Source: Elusimicrobiota bacterium (GTDB lineage: Bacteria; Elusimicrobiota; UBA8919). From it: DNA of 17,571 nt. Every line of letters starts with the position of its first letter. Position 1 is the first letter of the stretch. Made by a program: the position numbers and the translations under genes. Where the stretch lies: positions 1-17,571 of the forward strand of contig JBDRIG010000051.1 of the NCBI GenBank assembly GCA_043816185.1. Direction: 5' to 3'. The notes beneath the pieces are model-generated. The model searched no databases. It had not been told where the DNA came from and saw only the letters and a list, made by a program, of their open reading frames with translations. Shown one piece after another: positions 8,596 through 17,277 of this stretch.

Positions 8596-8792
8596 GAAAA
8601 ATTTTTTAACACAAAATTCAAACTTTCGATTCCGTAGCTCTCCAAATCAAGTGTAATGTATGTGTAATTATATTTTTTAAGACAGCAACAATTTTTTATG
8701 AACGTTATTTTTAAATATTTGGTCAATGCAAAAATTTGTCCGTAAAAACTTTTTTATATTTTTTTAATAATTTTTTCAATCTTTTTAATCTT

Positions 8793-9341
8793 TCAATTCT
8801 TAAATCTCTTTCCGATTTCTGCAAACCAGCCACCTCCAAGATGATGTATTGTTTTTATTTTGTCTGTATTTAATACTTCATCATCTGCCCATGCGGATTC
8901 TTCAATATCAGCATAGATAATTTTAGAAATAAAGAGCATCACGTCAGAAAATTTAAATTTATTTATTACCTTGCATTCTATATGAGCGAAACACTCTTTG
9001 ATTTTTGGAGATTTTATTTTAATCGAGGAGATTTGCGTTAGTCCAGCTTTTTTGATTTTATCTATATTTTTTCCTGAGATAGAACCACAATACAAAACTT
9101 TTTTCATAAGTTTTTTGTCGGGTATATTTATCACAAATTCTTTTGTTTCTTTTATTAATTTTTGAGAATATGCTTGTTCGCCCATTGCTATTGCTATAAT
9201 AGGTGGTTCGGAATTAACAACTGTAGTCCACGCAAGCGTCATTACATTAGGTTTGCCTTTTTTGTCTGACGTTGTAATTAAAGCAACGGGTCCGTGATTT
9301 ATCAATCGATATGCGATTTCAGGTTTGATATTTTTTAGCAT
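8793..9341 (-). CDS. flavin reductase family protein (FMN-binding split barrel)
   Basis: YRLINHGPVALITT, NVMTLAW, EFVINIP, CGSISG..IDK, PKIKECFAHIECKV, IHHLGGG. Confidence 0.88.
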   Translation of the reverse strand: MLKNIKPEIAYRLINHGPVALITTSDKKGKPNVMTLAWTTVVNSEPPIIAIAMGEQAYSQKLIKETKEFVINIPDKKLMKKVLYCGSISGKNIDKIKKAGLTQISSIKIKSPKIKECFAHIECKVINKFKFSDVMLFISKIIYADIEESAWADDEVLNTDKIKTIHHLGGGWFAEIGKRFKN

Positions 9342-9348
9342 AGGAAGT

Positions 9349-9376
9349 AGTATAGTTTTTTAAGAAAAAAAAGCAA
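9349..9376 (-). promoter_or_regulatory. sigma70-type promoter, probably leaderless transcript
   Basis: TTGCTT (9376-9371), 16 nt, TATACT (9354-9349), 7 nt, ATG 9341. Confidence 0.55.
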
Positions 9377-9419
9377 TAAAAAAATAGCCGACCCCAAAAG
9401 TTCTAAGAGGTCAGCTATT
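9375..9419 (-). terminator. intrinsic terminator after btuB
   Basis: Minus strand AATAGCTGACC...GGTCGGCTATT stem (its one non-Watson-Crick pair is G-U on this strand) followed by TTTTTATT. Confidence 0.75.
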
Positions 9420-9483
9420 GAATTTGAACAAACGATCGTTTTAAAATCGAATGCTATGGATTAGCACTACTTCGTTAAGTTTA

Positions 9484-9690
9484 GTTCGTCGTTGCGAGCG
9501 ACTCTGTTCGTCGTTGCGAGAAGCGAATGAAATGAGCGACGAAGCAATCTCGCACTTCAACACAGAGGTTTGCCACGGCTTCCTTCGGAAGGCCTCGCAA
9601 TAACCAAAAGTAGAATTGTGACACAGTCTCAATGGCAACATAGCGAAGCCCCGATTTGTCGGGATCGCGGTCGTTTGTGGCAACTTCACA
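9484..9690. repeat. composite palindromic repeat (TTGCGAG...GCAATCT...TTGCCAC...CTCGCAA type)
   Basis: TTGCGAG (9514) to CTCGCAA (9600); 15-bp duplication gttcgtcgttgcgag (9484, 9506); attgtgacacagtctcaatggc (9615-9636); cccgatttgtcggg mini-palindrome near 9650. Confidence 0.8.
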
Positions 9691-9716
9691 ACGATCATCT
9701 GAATATCGCCATTAGG

Positions 9717-11600
9717 TTAATCCCACAGATATATATTTATACCGCCTGAAAGTGTTCTTCCAACAAGTGGATAACCTTCTCTTGAAACATATCTTCTGTC
9801 AAAAATATTTTCAACGCTGAGAAATATTTCCGACTGGAGAATTTTCCGACTTATCCTTAAATTAACAAGAGTATATCCTGGAAGTTTTGGGTTTTCTATT
9901 TTATGAGTATACTCAACACCGACTTTTGCTTTGATTTCAAAAGGTGCTGCATAATTTAGTTTATAATTCAAACGATGTTTCGGAGTGTACTGCAATGTTT
10001 TATAGGTTCCCGTTTTTTTTCCCATGCTTTCAAGAAAAGTGTAGTTCAGGTTCTGTGATAATTTTTTTACAATGCTGGCTTCCACTTCAAACTCTACACC
10101 TCTTGAAAAAACTTTACCAACATTTGAAGGTGTCCAATCATATGTATAGGTATAAGTGGGGTCAATAGGTGCCCATTCAATAAAATCTTTCACATCACTG
10201 TAAAACAGCGTTATCTTTGAAACCAAAATTTCTTTTAATTTATATTCAATACCGAAATCAGTCCCAATAGATTTTTCAGGTTTGAGTTCCGGATTACCTA
10301 CACCCATACCAGGAACTTTTGCGTATAAATCATTAAATGTTGGTGCTCTGAAAGCCCATCCGACAGTTGAGGAAAGTTTGAAATTATCATTGAGTTTGTA
10401 GATATTGACAATTCTTGGATTCAACTGTCCGCCAAAAACATTGTTGTAATCATATCTTGTCCCAACGGTTGTTGTCAGTGGTTCAAAATTGAATATTTTT
10501 TGGACGAAAATTGCAGAGGTATCAGTCCATTTGTCAATATCAGTTGTTTTAGCAATTTCATTCTTTTTCTTGTATTTGTCATTTTTTCCCTCAATCCCTG
10601 CGGTTATGTTATGCAGAGTATCAATTTGTATATTCCCACCGATGGTGTTGGAGATACCGATATCATCAGAGTTCCATTTGGGATTTTTGTACTGAAGAGA
10701 ATTCTGCTGAAAATAAATTTTGGATTGTAATTTTGTATTATCGGTAATCTTCTTTTCATAATTCAGGTCATAAGATTGCCTGTCTGTTTGCTGGTTTGCA
10801 TTTGGTGAAGAGGCTGTTTTTTCCTTGTCGTTATTGAATTCATCTATAGGTGTTGTGTTTGGACCAGGCGTTCCAAGTTCTGATGTTAAAAATCCACTGT
10901 TTAATGTCAACTCACCATATTTTCCAAAATCATAACCAAATTTGGCTGATAAATTTGTAGCATCATATTCAGAGTTTTCTCTAAATCCATTGGTTAGATT
11001 CTTGCTTCCAGCCAGAAAAATATTCGCTTTTCCGGGCATCGCAGAAAAATTGAAATTATAGTTCTGCGTATTAAAACTTCCGTAATTCAGCCCGATTTCT
11101 GTCTTTGGCTTCAAAGTAATTGCTTTTTTTGTGATGATATTGACAACCCCTCCCAATGCATTTGCACCGTAAAGTGCAGAAGCAGGTCCACGCAGCACCT
11201 CAATTCTTTCAATATTTTCTGCTGGAATTTCAGAAAGATTTGATGAACCTCCTGAAATATCATTTACAGGTCTTCCATCTATCATTATAAGCACCTGTTT
11301 TGATGAACTGCCGCCGCTTCGGATTCTTAATTCTGATAATGAACCTAAAGTGCCGTATTTTGAGACCTCTACAATACCGGTTTTGTTTTTCAAAACTTCA
11401 CCAACATTCTTTGCGTCGGAATTTTTTATTTCCTCTTCCGATATCACGGTAATATTTGTTGCCGTTTTTTCAACGGGTACTTCTTTCCGCAATCCAATAA
11501 ACACAGTCGCTTCCTGTGCATAAACTGTTCCCATTCCCAATAACACGAATAATATAGCCAAAAACTTCTTTCCCAAAAGGGATTTTACTTTATTCAACAT
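9717..11600 (-). CDS. btuB: TonB-dependent receptor, BtuB-like
   Basis: Signal peptide, plug motifs VLIMIDGRPVN and IERIEVLRGPASALYGANALGGVVNIITK, FRAPTFNDLY, GNPELKPE, ENIFD; GGAGG RBS. Cobalamin specificity inferred from the upstream riboswitch. Confidence 0.88.
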   Translation of the reverse strand: MLNKVKSLLGKKFLAILFVLLGMGTVYAQEATVFIGLRKEVPVEKTATNITVISEEEIKNSDAKNVGEVLKNKTGIVEVSKYGTLGSLSELRIRSGGSSSKQVLIMIDGRPVNDISGGSSNLSEIPAENIERIEVLRGPASALYGANALGGVVNIITKKAITLKPKTEIGLNYGSFNTQNYNFNFSAMPGKANIFLAGSKNLTNGFRENSEYDATNLSAKFGYDFGKYGELTLNSGFLTSELGTPGPNTTPIDEFNNDKEKTASSPNANQQTDRQSYDLNYEKKITDNTKLQSKIYFQQNSLQYKNPKWNSDDIGISNTIGGNIQIDTLHNITAGIEGKNDKYKKKNEIAKTTDIDKWTDTSAIFVQKIFNFEPLTTTVGTRYDYNNVFGGQLNPRIVNIYKLNDNFKLSSTVGWAFRAPTFNDLYAKVPGMGVGNPELKPEKSIGTDFGIEYKLKEILVSKITLFYSDVKDFIEWAPIDPTYTYTYDWTPSNVGKVFSRGVEFEVEASIVKKLSQNLNYTFLESMGKKTGTYKTLQYTPKHRLNYKLNYAAPFEIKAKVGVEYTHKIENPKLPGYTLVNLRISRKILQSEIFLSVENIFDRRYVSREGYPLVGRTLSGGINIYLWD

Positions 11601-11642
11601 TTTTCCTCCAAAATTGTAAAAGTTTAGCCATCAGAACTAACT

Positions 11643-11733
11643 TGTCATTCCCGAGTGCCTTTATCGGGAATCTATTTTTTAGATTCCTGCCCCTGCTTAC
11701 TGCCTGCAGGGGCAGGCCCCCGCAGGAATGACA
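11643..11733. repeat. REP-like element GTCATTCC...GGAATGAC with nested palindrome
   Basis: TGTCATTCC (11643) and GGAATGACA (11733) ends; internal GGAATCT/AGATTCC; perfect 11-bp inverted repeat cctgcccctgc (11686-11696) and gcaggggcagg (11706-11716). Confidence 0.8.
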
Positions 11734-11816
11734 TCTGACAGATAAACTGTTACCCATAATTTTATTTTTTCCCATTCCCACTTTTATTTAATACAAATGC
11801 ATTAAATAAATTAACA

Positions 11817-11869
11817 TGTAGGGCAATGCTTCAGCATTGCTTATAGCAGACCTAAAGATCTGCCCTACA
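11817..11869. repeat. GTAG-type REP doublet (REPIN-like)
   Basis: TGTAGGGCA...TGCCCTACA ends enclosing two hairpins (gcaatgct-tc-agcattgc; gcagacctaaagatctgc). Confidence 0.8.
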
Positions 11870-11929
11870 AAATACTTTTAACTTTTAATTTGCATTTTCA
11901 CCTCCCTCTCTCTCGAAGAGAATTTTCTT

Positions 11930-12095
11930 ACGAACAGCCAGATTTCCTGACTCAGATTCATCTGAAATTTCGCCTTCCCAGTCGCCGTGGCGACAAGTGG
12001 CATTTGTGAAATTTCATCCCTCGCCTTCGCAGAGGTAAAACCTTCACAGTAGCGGGACTGTTCCGGATTTACACCGGATTCCCTGTTCTGTTCGC
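11930..12095 (-). ncRNA. cobalamin riboswitch
   Basis: Minus strand AGGGAA-TCCGGTGTAAATCCGGA-ACAGTCCCGCTACTGTGA...GCCACT...GGGAAGGC...GAGTCAGGAAATCTG (B12 box), closed by CGAACAG/CTGTTCG. Confidence 0.93.
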
Positions 12096-12887
12096 GTTTA
12101 ATATTGTTCCATTCGCATTTGATACCAAAATTATGTATGGTTTTTTTGAAATCGGATTTTCTTTTACAACAATTACCGTCTTATAAACATCCTCAATAAT
12201 TTGATACGTTAACACTTCTTGAGGCAATCCAATTTTGCAAATTTTGCCGTTATCAAGAAGAATTAATCTATCGCAATATTCGCTCGCTAAGTTTAAATCG
12301 TGCAAAATCATACACACCATAAGACCAAATTCCGCGTTTAATCTTTTTATAAGGTCCAGAATTATTATCTGATGTGTTATGTCTAAATGTGAAGTTGGCT
12401 CGTCTAACAAAAGTAATTTTGGTTCATGTGCCAATGCTTTTGCAATAAGGACAAGTTGCTTTTCTCCCCCACTTAATTGTGAAAGAAATCTATTTTTCAA
12501 CCTGTGGGTATCGGTTAAAACCATACATCTTTCTGCAATCTCTAAATCCCTTTTTGTTTCTAAGAATTGAAATTTCTGAAAATATGGAATTCTACCAAGG
12601 AGAATAAATTCCTCGACAGTAATAAATTCTGCATTAAAATCCTGTGACACAACTGCCACTTTTTTGGCAAGTTCTTTCAATTCCATCTGTGCGATATTTT
12701 TTCCTTCAATAAGAATCAGTCCATGATTTGGCTTAAGTATTCTGGTTATTGCACGGAGAAGAGTCGTTTTTCCAGAACCGTTTGGCCCGATTATTCCGAA
12801 AATTTCTTTGTTTTTTAGTTCAAAACTAATATCTTTTAAAACAAGTTTATTGTTATATCCGCAAACAAGATTTTTTACTTCCAACAT
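12069..12887 (-). CDS. cobalamin/iron-chelate ABC transporter ATPase, BtuD/FecE-like
   Basis: GPNGSGKTT, LSGGEKQ, LLLLDEPTSHLD, LHDLNLASEYCD. Confidence 0.93.
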   Translation of the reverse strand: MLEVKNLVCGYNNKLVLKDISFELKNKEIFGIIGPNGSGKTTLLRAITRILKPNHGLILIEGKNIAQMELKELAKKVAVVSQDFNAEFITVEEFILLGRIPYFQKFQFLETKRDLEIAERCMVLTDTHRLKNRFLSQLSGGEKQLVLIAKALAHEPKLLLLDEPTSHLDITHQIIILDLIKRLNAEFGLMVCMILHDLNLASEYCDRLILLDNGKICKIGLPQEVLTYQIIEDVYKTVIVVKENPISKKPYIILVSNANGTILNANRTGNPV

Positions 12888-12891
12888 ATTT

Positions 12892-13887
12892 TCACCGTTT
12901 GTTTAAAAAACCGATAAACATAATTCCACCAATAATTCCCGTAATTACTCCGACGGGTAATTCTAATGGCGAAATCACTGTTCTCGCTAATGTATCGCAG
13001 AAAATTAAAAAAATTGCTCCGCAAAGAAAAGAACCTATTAAAAGTATTCGATGGTCGCTTCCCACAAATGTCCTCACAAAATGAGGAACCGTCAATCCCA
13101 CAAAACCAATAATTCCCGATATAGATACACTGCAACCAGTAAGTAAAGATGCAAGAATAAAAAGTAATCGTCTATTCTTTTCTACATTTACGCCCAAATG
13201 CAGTGCTTCTTCTTTACCGAGAGAAAAAGCATTTAAACTAAGACAAAAAAGGTAAGAAATAATTAGTCCAAACACAGCTACTAATACTGCTAACCATACA
13301 AGAAACCAACTTGGCTCTTCTAGCGAACCCATTATCCAGAAAATAATTCCATGAAGATCTTCGGTACGAGAGACGGCCATTGTTAGCATAATCAAAGATG
13401 ACGAAATAAAACTTATCATTACACCAGTAAGAAGAAGTTCTTTGATTTTTAATGTACCGCTTTTTATGCTTAGAGAATACACGATCAAGATAATCAAAAC
13501 AGCCCCTATAAAACCAAAAAGTGGTAATGAAAAAATACCCAATGCGTGATTTAATCTTAAAATAATATTCAGACATACGCCTAATGCTGCTCCGCCAGAA
13601 ATACCAAGAGTATACGGTTCAACAAGAGGATTGCGGAACATTCCTTGAAGAATTACTCCGGCTATGCTGAGTGCTCCTCCTACAGCAAAACCCAAAATAA
13701 TCCTAGGTAGACGGATATTAAAAATAATACTGTATTCTGTGCTACCCTTATCTCCAAAAATTAAAGAAGCGATTTTTTTTAATGGGATACTGACAGAACC
13801 AATACAGAGAGAGAAGATACCTGTAATTAAAAGAATTCCTACCAAAATCAGTACCCAAACAATCCAACGACTTAATTTTTTATTCAT
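12892..13887 (-). CDS. cobalamin/iron-chelate ABC transporter permease, BtuC/FecCD family
   Basis: IRLPR, QGMFRNPLVEPYTLGISGGA, WIMGSL, EEALHLGV, IGFVGLTVPH, ELPVGVIT. Confidence 0.93.
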   Translation of the reverse strand: MNKKLSRWIVWVLILVGILLITGIFSLCIGSVSIPLKKIASLIFGDKGSTEYSIIFNIRLPRIILGFAVGGALSIAGVILQGMFRNPLVEPYTLGISGGAALGVCLNIILRLNHALGIFSLPLFGFIGAVLIILIVYSLSIKSGTLKIKELLLTGVMISFISSSLIMLTMAVSRTEDLHGIIFWIMGSLEEPSWFLVWLAVLVAVFGLIISYLFCLSLNAFSLGKEEALHLGVNVEKNRRLLFILASLLTGCSVSISGIIGFVGLTVPHFVRTFVGSDHRILLIGSFLCGAIFLIFCDTLARTVISPLELPVGVITGIIGGIMFIGFLNKR

Positions 13888-13942
13888 ATTTTTTTGATAT
13901 ATTTTTGAATGCAGATTAACACTACTTTGTTAAATTCAGTTT

Positions 13943-14108
13943 GTCATTGTAGCAAGGTGACATTCAGGTTGTGTCACAATCCATCTTTTACCATCTTAGT
14001 GTTGGATTGCAGTACCATATTTTACCATCAGTTGCTATCTTCTATAAAAATGCAACTTTTTAGCTCATTGCGACACAGTCCCAATGGCTGGCTTCGTCCT
14101 GCAATGAC
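13943..14108. mobile_element. MITE-like element nested in a REP-like palindrome
   Basis: Outer gtcattgtag (13943) and ctgcaatgac (14108); inner imperfect inverted ends aggttgtgtcacaat (13966-13980) and attgcgacacagtcc (14067-14081). No coding capacity. Confidence 0.5.
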
Positions 14109-14261
14109 TTCTCGACGATTTCCTTGCAGTTTCGTCATTATTTCAAAAAACTTTTGCTTTTTCAATGAAGCTAAATTAAAAATTGTATACGAGTGTATAG
14201 CAATTAGAACACAGCTATTAGAGCACAACCATTTCTACAGTTTTTTATCATTTACGATTAT

Positions 14262-15146
14262 CTATGGCTTTGTTTTTGAGCATAGAATCTCAGCTATTTC
14301 ATTTAATGTTTTTACAAAACTTGTCGGCGTAGGGCTGCAAACCTTGTAAGAATCAACAATATAAATTTTATTTTCTTTAACGGCAGATATTGTTTTAAAT
14401 TTTTCCCAATTTTTTCTTTCTTTTTCACAAGTTACACCCATAGTTACCAAAATAATAATATCAGGATTTTGTTCTACAACTTTTTCTCGACTATAAATGC
14501 CTGATTTTGCATCAGATGCTATATTTGTTCCACCAGCAAACAAAACAAATTCATTTATAAATGATTCTTTTGTCGCTGTAAAGATAGGATCTGCTCCTAT
14601 CTGCACAAAAACTTTTGGTCTTGATAATTTTTTCGTTTTGTTCCTTATCTTTTCAACTTCTTTTTTTGCTTGAGTTACAATTTTTTTTGCTGTTTTTTCT
14701 CTGTCAACAATTCTTCCAAGTGTCAAAAATTGGTCACATATTTCATCAAAACTTTTTGCATATGAAAATTGAACTACTTTTATTCCACTACTCGTACCGC
14801 ATTGTTCTTCAAGACGACAGGCATAGTTTATTTTGAGATTTTGTAGCTTAGCAATTGTTTTTGGATTTGTAAGTGAAGTTGCAAAAACAATGTCTGGTTT
14901 TAATGATACAATTTTCTCTATATTTTGCTCTGTAATTGTTCCTATCTTTTCTTTGTACTTCGCGTCCTCGGGGTTTAGGCAGTATATTGTATTGGCAATA
15001 ATTCTATCTCCAATTTCCAAAAGATAGAGATTTTCAGTTATCGTCGGTCCCAGAGAAATTATTCTTTTGGGGAACGTCTGAGAATATGCAATTAGAAATG
15101 GAAACAGTATAAAAAATAGAGATAGCAGAAAATATTTTTTAAACAT
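14262..15146 (-). CDS. periplasmic binding protein, BtuF-like
   Basis: Signal peptide, PKRIISLGPTITENLY, NIEKIVSLKPD, AGGTNI, SREKVVEQNPD, ISAVKENKIY. Confidence 0.9.
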   Translation of the reverse strand: MFKKYFLLSLFFILFPFLIAYSQTFPKRIISLGPTITENLYLLEIGDRIIANTIYCLNPEDAKYKEKIGTITEQNIEKIVSLKPDIVFATSLTNPKTIAKLQNLKINYACRLEEQCGTSSGIKVVQFSYAKSFDEICDQFLTLGRIVDREKTAKKIVTQAKKEVEKIRNKTKKLSRPKVFVQIGADPIFTATKESFINEFVLFAGGTNIASDAKSGIYSREKVVEQNPDIIILVTMGVTCEKERKNWEKFKTISAVKENKIYIVDSYKVCSPTPTSFVKTLNEIAEILCSKTKP

Positions 15147-15148
15147 TT

Positions 15149-15811
15149 TTAGATGATTTCCATAAACCAGTGTTTATCTTTTAATATTTTTTTACCAATT
15201 TTAAAATTTAATGATTTTTTGAAAATTGGTCCATTAAAAACGAATGTATGATATTCCCCTGCTTCACCACAAAGATCAACATTTTTTATAACTTTCAATT
15301 TTTTTATAAATTTATTGTCAATCTGGCAACCTAACCATTCTTCGTCTAAAAAGTCAGAATTAGTGGCTACAATTATTGCCTTAAATCCCACATCGATAAA
15401 TTTATTAAGCAAGGTTTCTCTTTTTTTCTTCCATAACGGAAGCATTGGTTTAATATTTAATTCCTTGCAAACCCTTTCTACCCAATCTCTGTGTTCCTGA
15501 AGATCGATGTCACCAAAAATACCTGTATTGATATTTTCTTTTTTTAGATTCAACACCACTTTTTTAAATTCCTTTTCATAATTTTTCCATGTAGTTTTTC
15601 TTTGGACAATAGGAATTCCTATTAGTTCCGACTGTAACTTTAACAAATTGGAACAAAGACCATGCGTGCGAGAGCGTTTTCCATCCTCTGAAGTCATATT
15701 TAAAAGATAGTCAATCTTTATATTTTTATTCTGCATCGTCTTGTATAAAGATAATGCACTTTCCTTACCGCCACTCCAACAGCAAAATGCTTTCATAGTT
15801 TGTTGAGACAC
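15149..15811 (-). CDS. DUF71/COG2102 PP-loop ATPase (diphthine-ammonia-ligase-like)
   Basis: WSGGKES PP-loop, SRTHG, FGDID...HRDWVE, PLW, DLCGEAGEYHTFV..GPIF. Start is GTG 15811 after a G-rich RBS, or ATG 15796. Confidence 0.9.
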   Translation of the reverse strand: MSQQTMKAFCCWSGGKESALSLYKTMQNKNIKIDYLLNMTSEDGKRSRTHGLCSNLLKLQSELIGIPIVQRKTTWKNYEKEFKKVVLNLKKENINTGIFGDIDLQEHRDWVERVCKELNIKPMLPLWKKKRETLLNKFIDVGFKAIIVATNSDFLDEEWLGCQIDNKFIKKLKVIKNVDLCGEAGEYHTFVFNGPIFKKSLNFKIGKKILKDKHWFMEII

Positions 15812-15864
15812 TTGCGCCCCCCCTACTCATATTACAAAATTAAAAACACTACCTAATATCACAA

Positions 15865-17277
15865 TTAAAGTTTTGTTATTTCTAATGTAGTAGAAAATTC
15901 TTTATCCCAGTTGTCCCAAAAATATGCATCCTCTTTACCGTCGGCAATCAAACGAAAAGCGTATCGCACCTGTTCTTCATAAAGCTCGCAAAATGCCCCT
16001 GGTTTTTTCAGAGAACCGTTCATTTCATATGCTTCAGCAGGGCATGGTGAGCCACAAAAATGACGAATAGCACAACGAGAACAAGGATCTATATTTTCAA
16101 TACATCTGTCCGTAACAAGTTTGAATGATTCTGATTTTAAAACTTTTTTAATATCGTCTTTAAAAATATTACCGCCTTTAAATTTTTTCAGTCCAATAAA
16201 TTCACTGCATGGAAATAAATCTCCATTACTTGAAACTGCAAAAAAGCATCTGCCACCACCGCATGGTGAAATATCACACATCAGTCGACGTCCCGTTGGA
16301 GCAATAATACTCATTAAAACATTGGCAAAGTTTGCTACCACAAGCCGTCGCCCCGTTTTTTTATAAAGTTTATAAGTACAATCCAGTGCCTCTAAATAAT
16401 ATTTTGATAACTGATAATCTACTGGTTTATTCTGACGAGCACCAGGAAGAGTACAGCGGACAGGATTTAACATGCAAATCGGTACTTCCAGCTCGTGCAA
16501 AAACTCAACTATTTTTGTAAGTGATTGCATATTTTCATTTGTTACCGTACAAATTACAGAATAGTTTTTATAATGCCTAAGTCGTTTTATTGCTTCTACC
16601 ACTTTTTGAAATATACCCTGACCATTCCATGTTTTGCGAAGCCTATCGGCCACGATTGCATTATGTCCATCAAGGGATAGTCCAATACTTATTTCCCTCG
16701 AAGTTAAAAATTTTATTGCTTCATCATCCAAAAGCGTGCCATTGGTTTGTATACCAAAACGAAAATGTTTTTCAAATTTATCCATAACACAAAAAATTGC
16801 TTTTTTATTAAGCAATGGTTCTGCACCATGAAAAACAATTTGTGGTTTTTGATGTTTAGGTAAAGTAGAATTAAAATAAATTTTTAGAGTTTCAAGTGCT
16901 TTTGAAATCTTTTCAACAGACATATGTTTTCCATTTTTGCGTAAGTTCTCAGGAATATAACAATATGAACAATTCAGATTGCAATGGTCGGTAGGATTAA
17001 AATAAACTGCTGATGGTTTTAATCCAAACCTCAGAGTATTCATCTCGTCGATAAAGGATTTTTCTTTTTTACGGTATTCTCGCAGATACGATGGATTAGT
17101 CAATGCTTGGCTAAGTTGATTTTTTTTAACAAGTGACCAGAATGCAGTATCCGCAGATATCAATCCAATATATTCTTTATGCCCGATATCTATAGGTTGA
17201 ATTTGCACTCCATTTCCCGAATTAAAATAATTTCCTCGAGATGCAGCGCAGTTATTTAAAATTTTCAATTTTGTCAT
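15865..17277 (-). CDS. cbpB: radical SAM/SPASM enzyme, CbpB-like putative peptide maturase
   Basis: CNLNCSYC, FHGAEPL, QTNG, SLDG, SPASM-type CDISPCGGGRC...PC...CSRCAIRHFCGSPC...FC. IDIGH...DTAFWSLV and LRFGLKPSAVYFNPT match my recollection of CbpB (TIGR04163). Start placed at ATG 17277 after GGAG. Confidence 0.8.
   Translation of the reverse strand: MTKLKILNNCAASRGNYFNSGNGVQIQPIDIGHKEYIGLISADTAFWSLVKKNQLSQALTNPSYLREYRKKEKSFIDEMNTLRFGLKPSAVYFNPTDHCNLNCSYCYIPENLRKNGKHMSVEKISKALETLKIYFNSTLPKHQKPQIVFHGAEPLLNKKAIFCVMDKFEKHFRFGIQTNGTLLDDEAIKFLTSREISIGLSLDGHNAIVADRLRKTWNGQGIFQKVVEAIKRLRHYKNYSVICTVTNENMQSLTKIVEFLHELEVPICMLNPVRCTLPGARQNKPVDYQLSKYYLEALDCTYKLYKKTGRRLVVANFANVLMSIIAPTGRRLMCDISPCGGGRCFFAVSSNGDLFPCSEFIGLKKFKGGNIFKDDIKKVLKSESFKLVTDRCIENIDPCSRCAIRHFCGSPCPAEAYEMNGSLKKPGAFCELYEEQVRYAFRLIADGKEDAYFWDNWDKEFSTTLEITKL

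Noticed and set aside
9441..9698. 85-aa ORF after btuB
   Set aside because: Translation of the composite palindromic repeat; no RBS.
10138..10160. TYTYTY run in the BtuB loop
   Set aside because: Short in-frame degenerate 6-mer repeat in a variable loop; unremarkable.
11590..11781. 63-aa Cys-containing ORF as a possible CbpB precursor
   Set aside because: Its CHSC segment derives from the GTCATTCC REP end; no RBS and no CbpA resemblance.
12875..13576. Alternative-frame minus-strand ORFs inside btuC
   Set aside because: Shadow frames of an intact permease; no sign of frameshift.
13909..14349. ORFs 13909-14349 (+) and 14028-14228 (-)
   Set aside because: They run through the MITE/REP element and have no recognisable motifs or convincing RBS.
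15149..15811. Diphthamide synthesis as the function
   Set aside because: The context is bacterial and B12-related; the EF-2 diphthamide pathway is archaeal/eukaryotic.
147..16831. Plus-strand ORFs in the track (e.g. 147-557, 1109-1561, 6743-6973, 16121-16366)
   Set aside because: They lie antisense to well-supported minus-strand genes and show no recognisable motifs.
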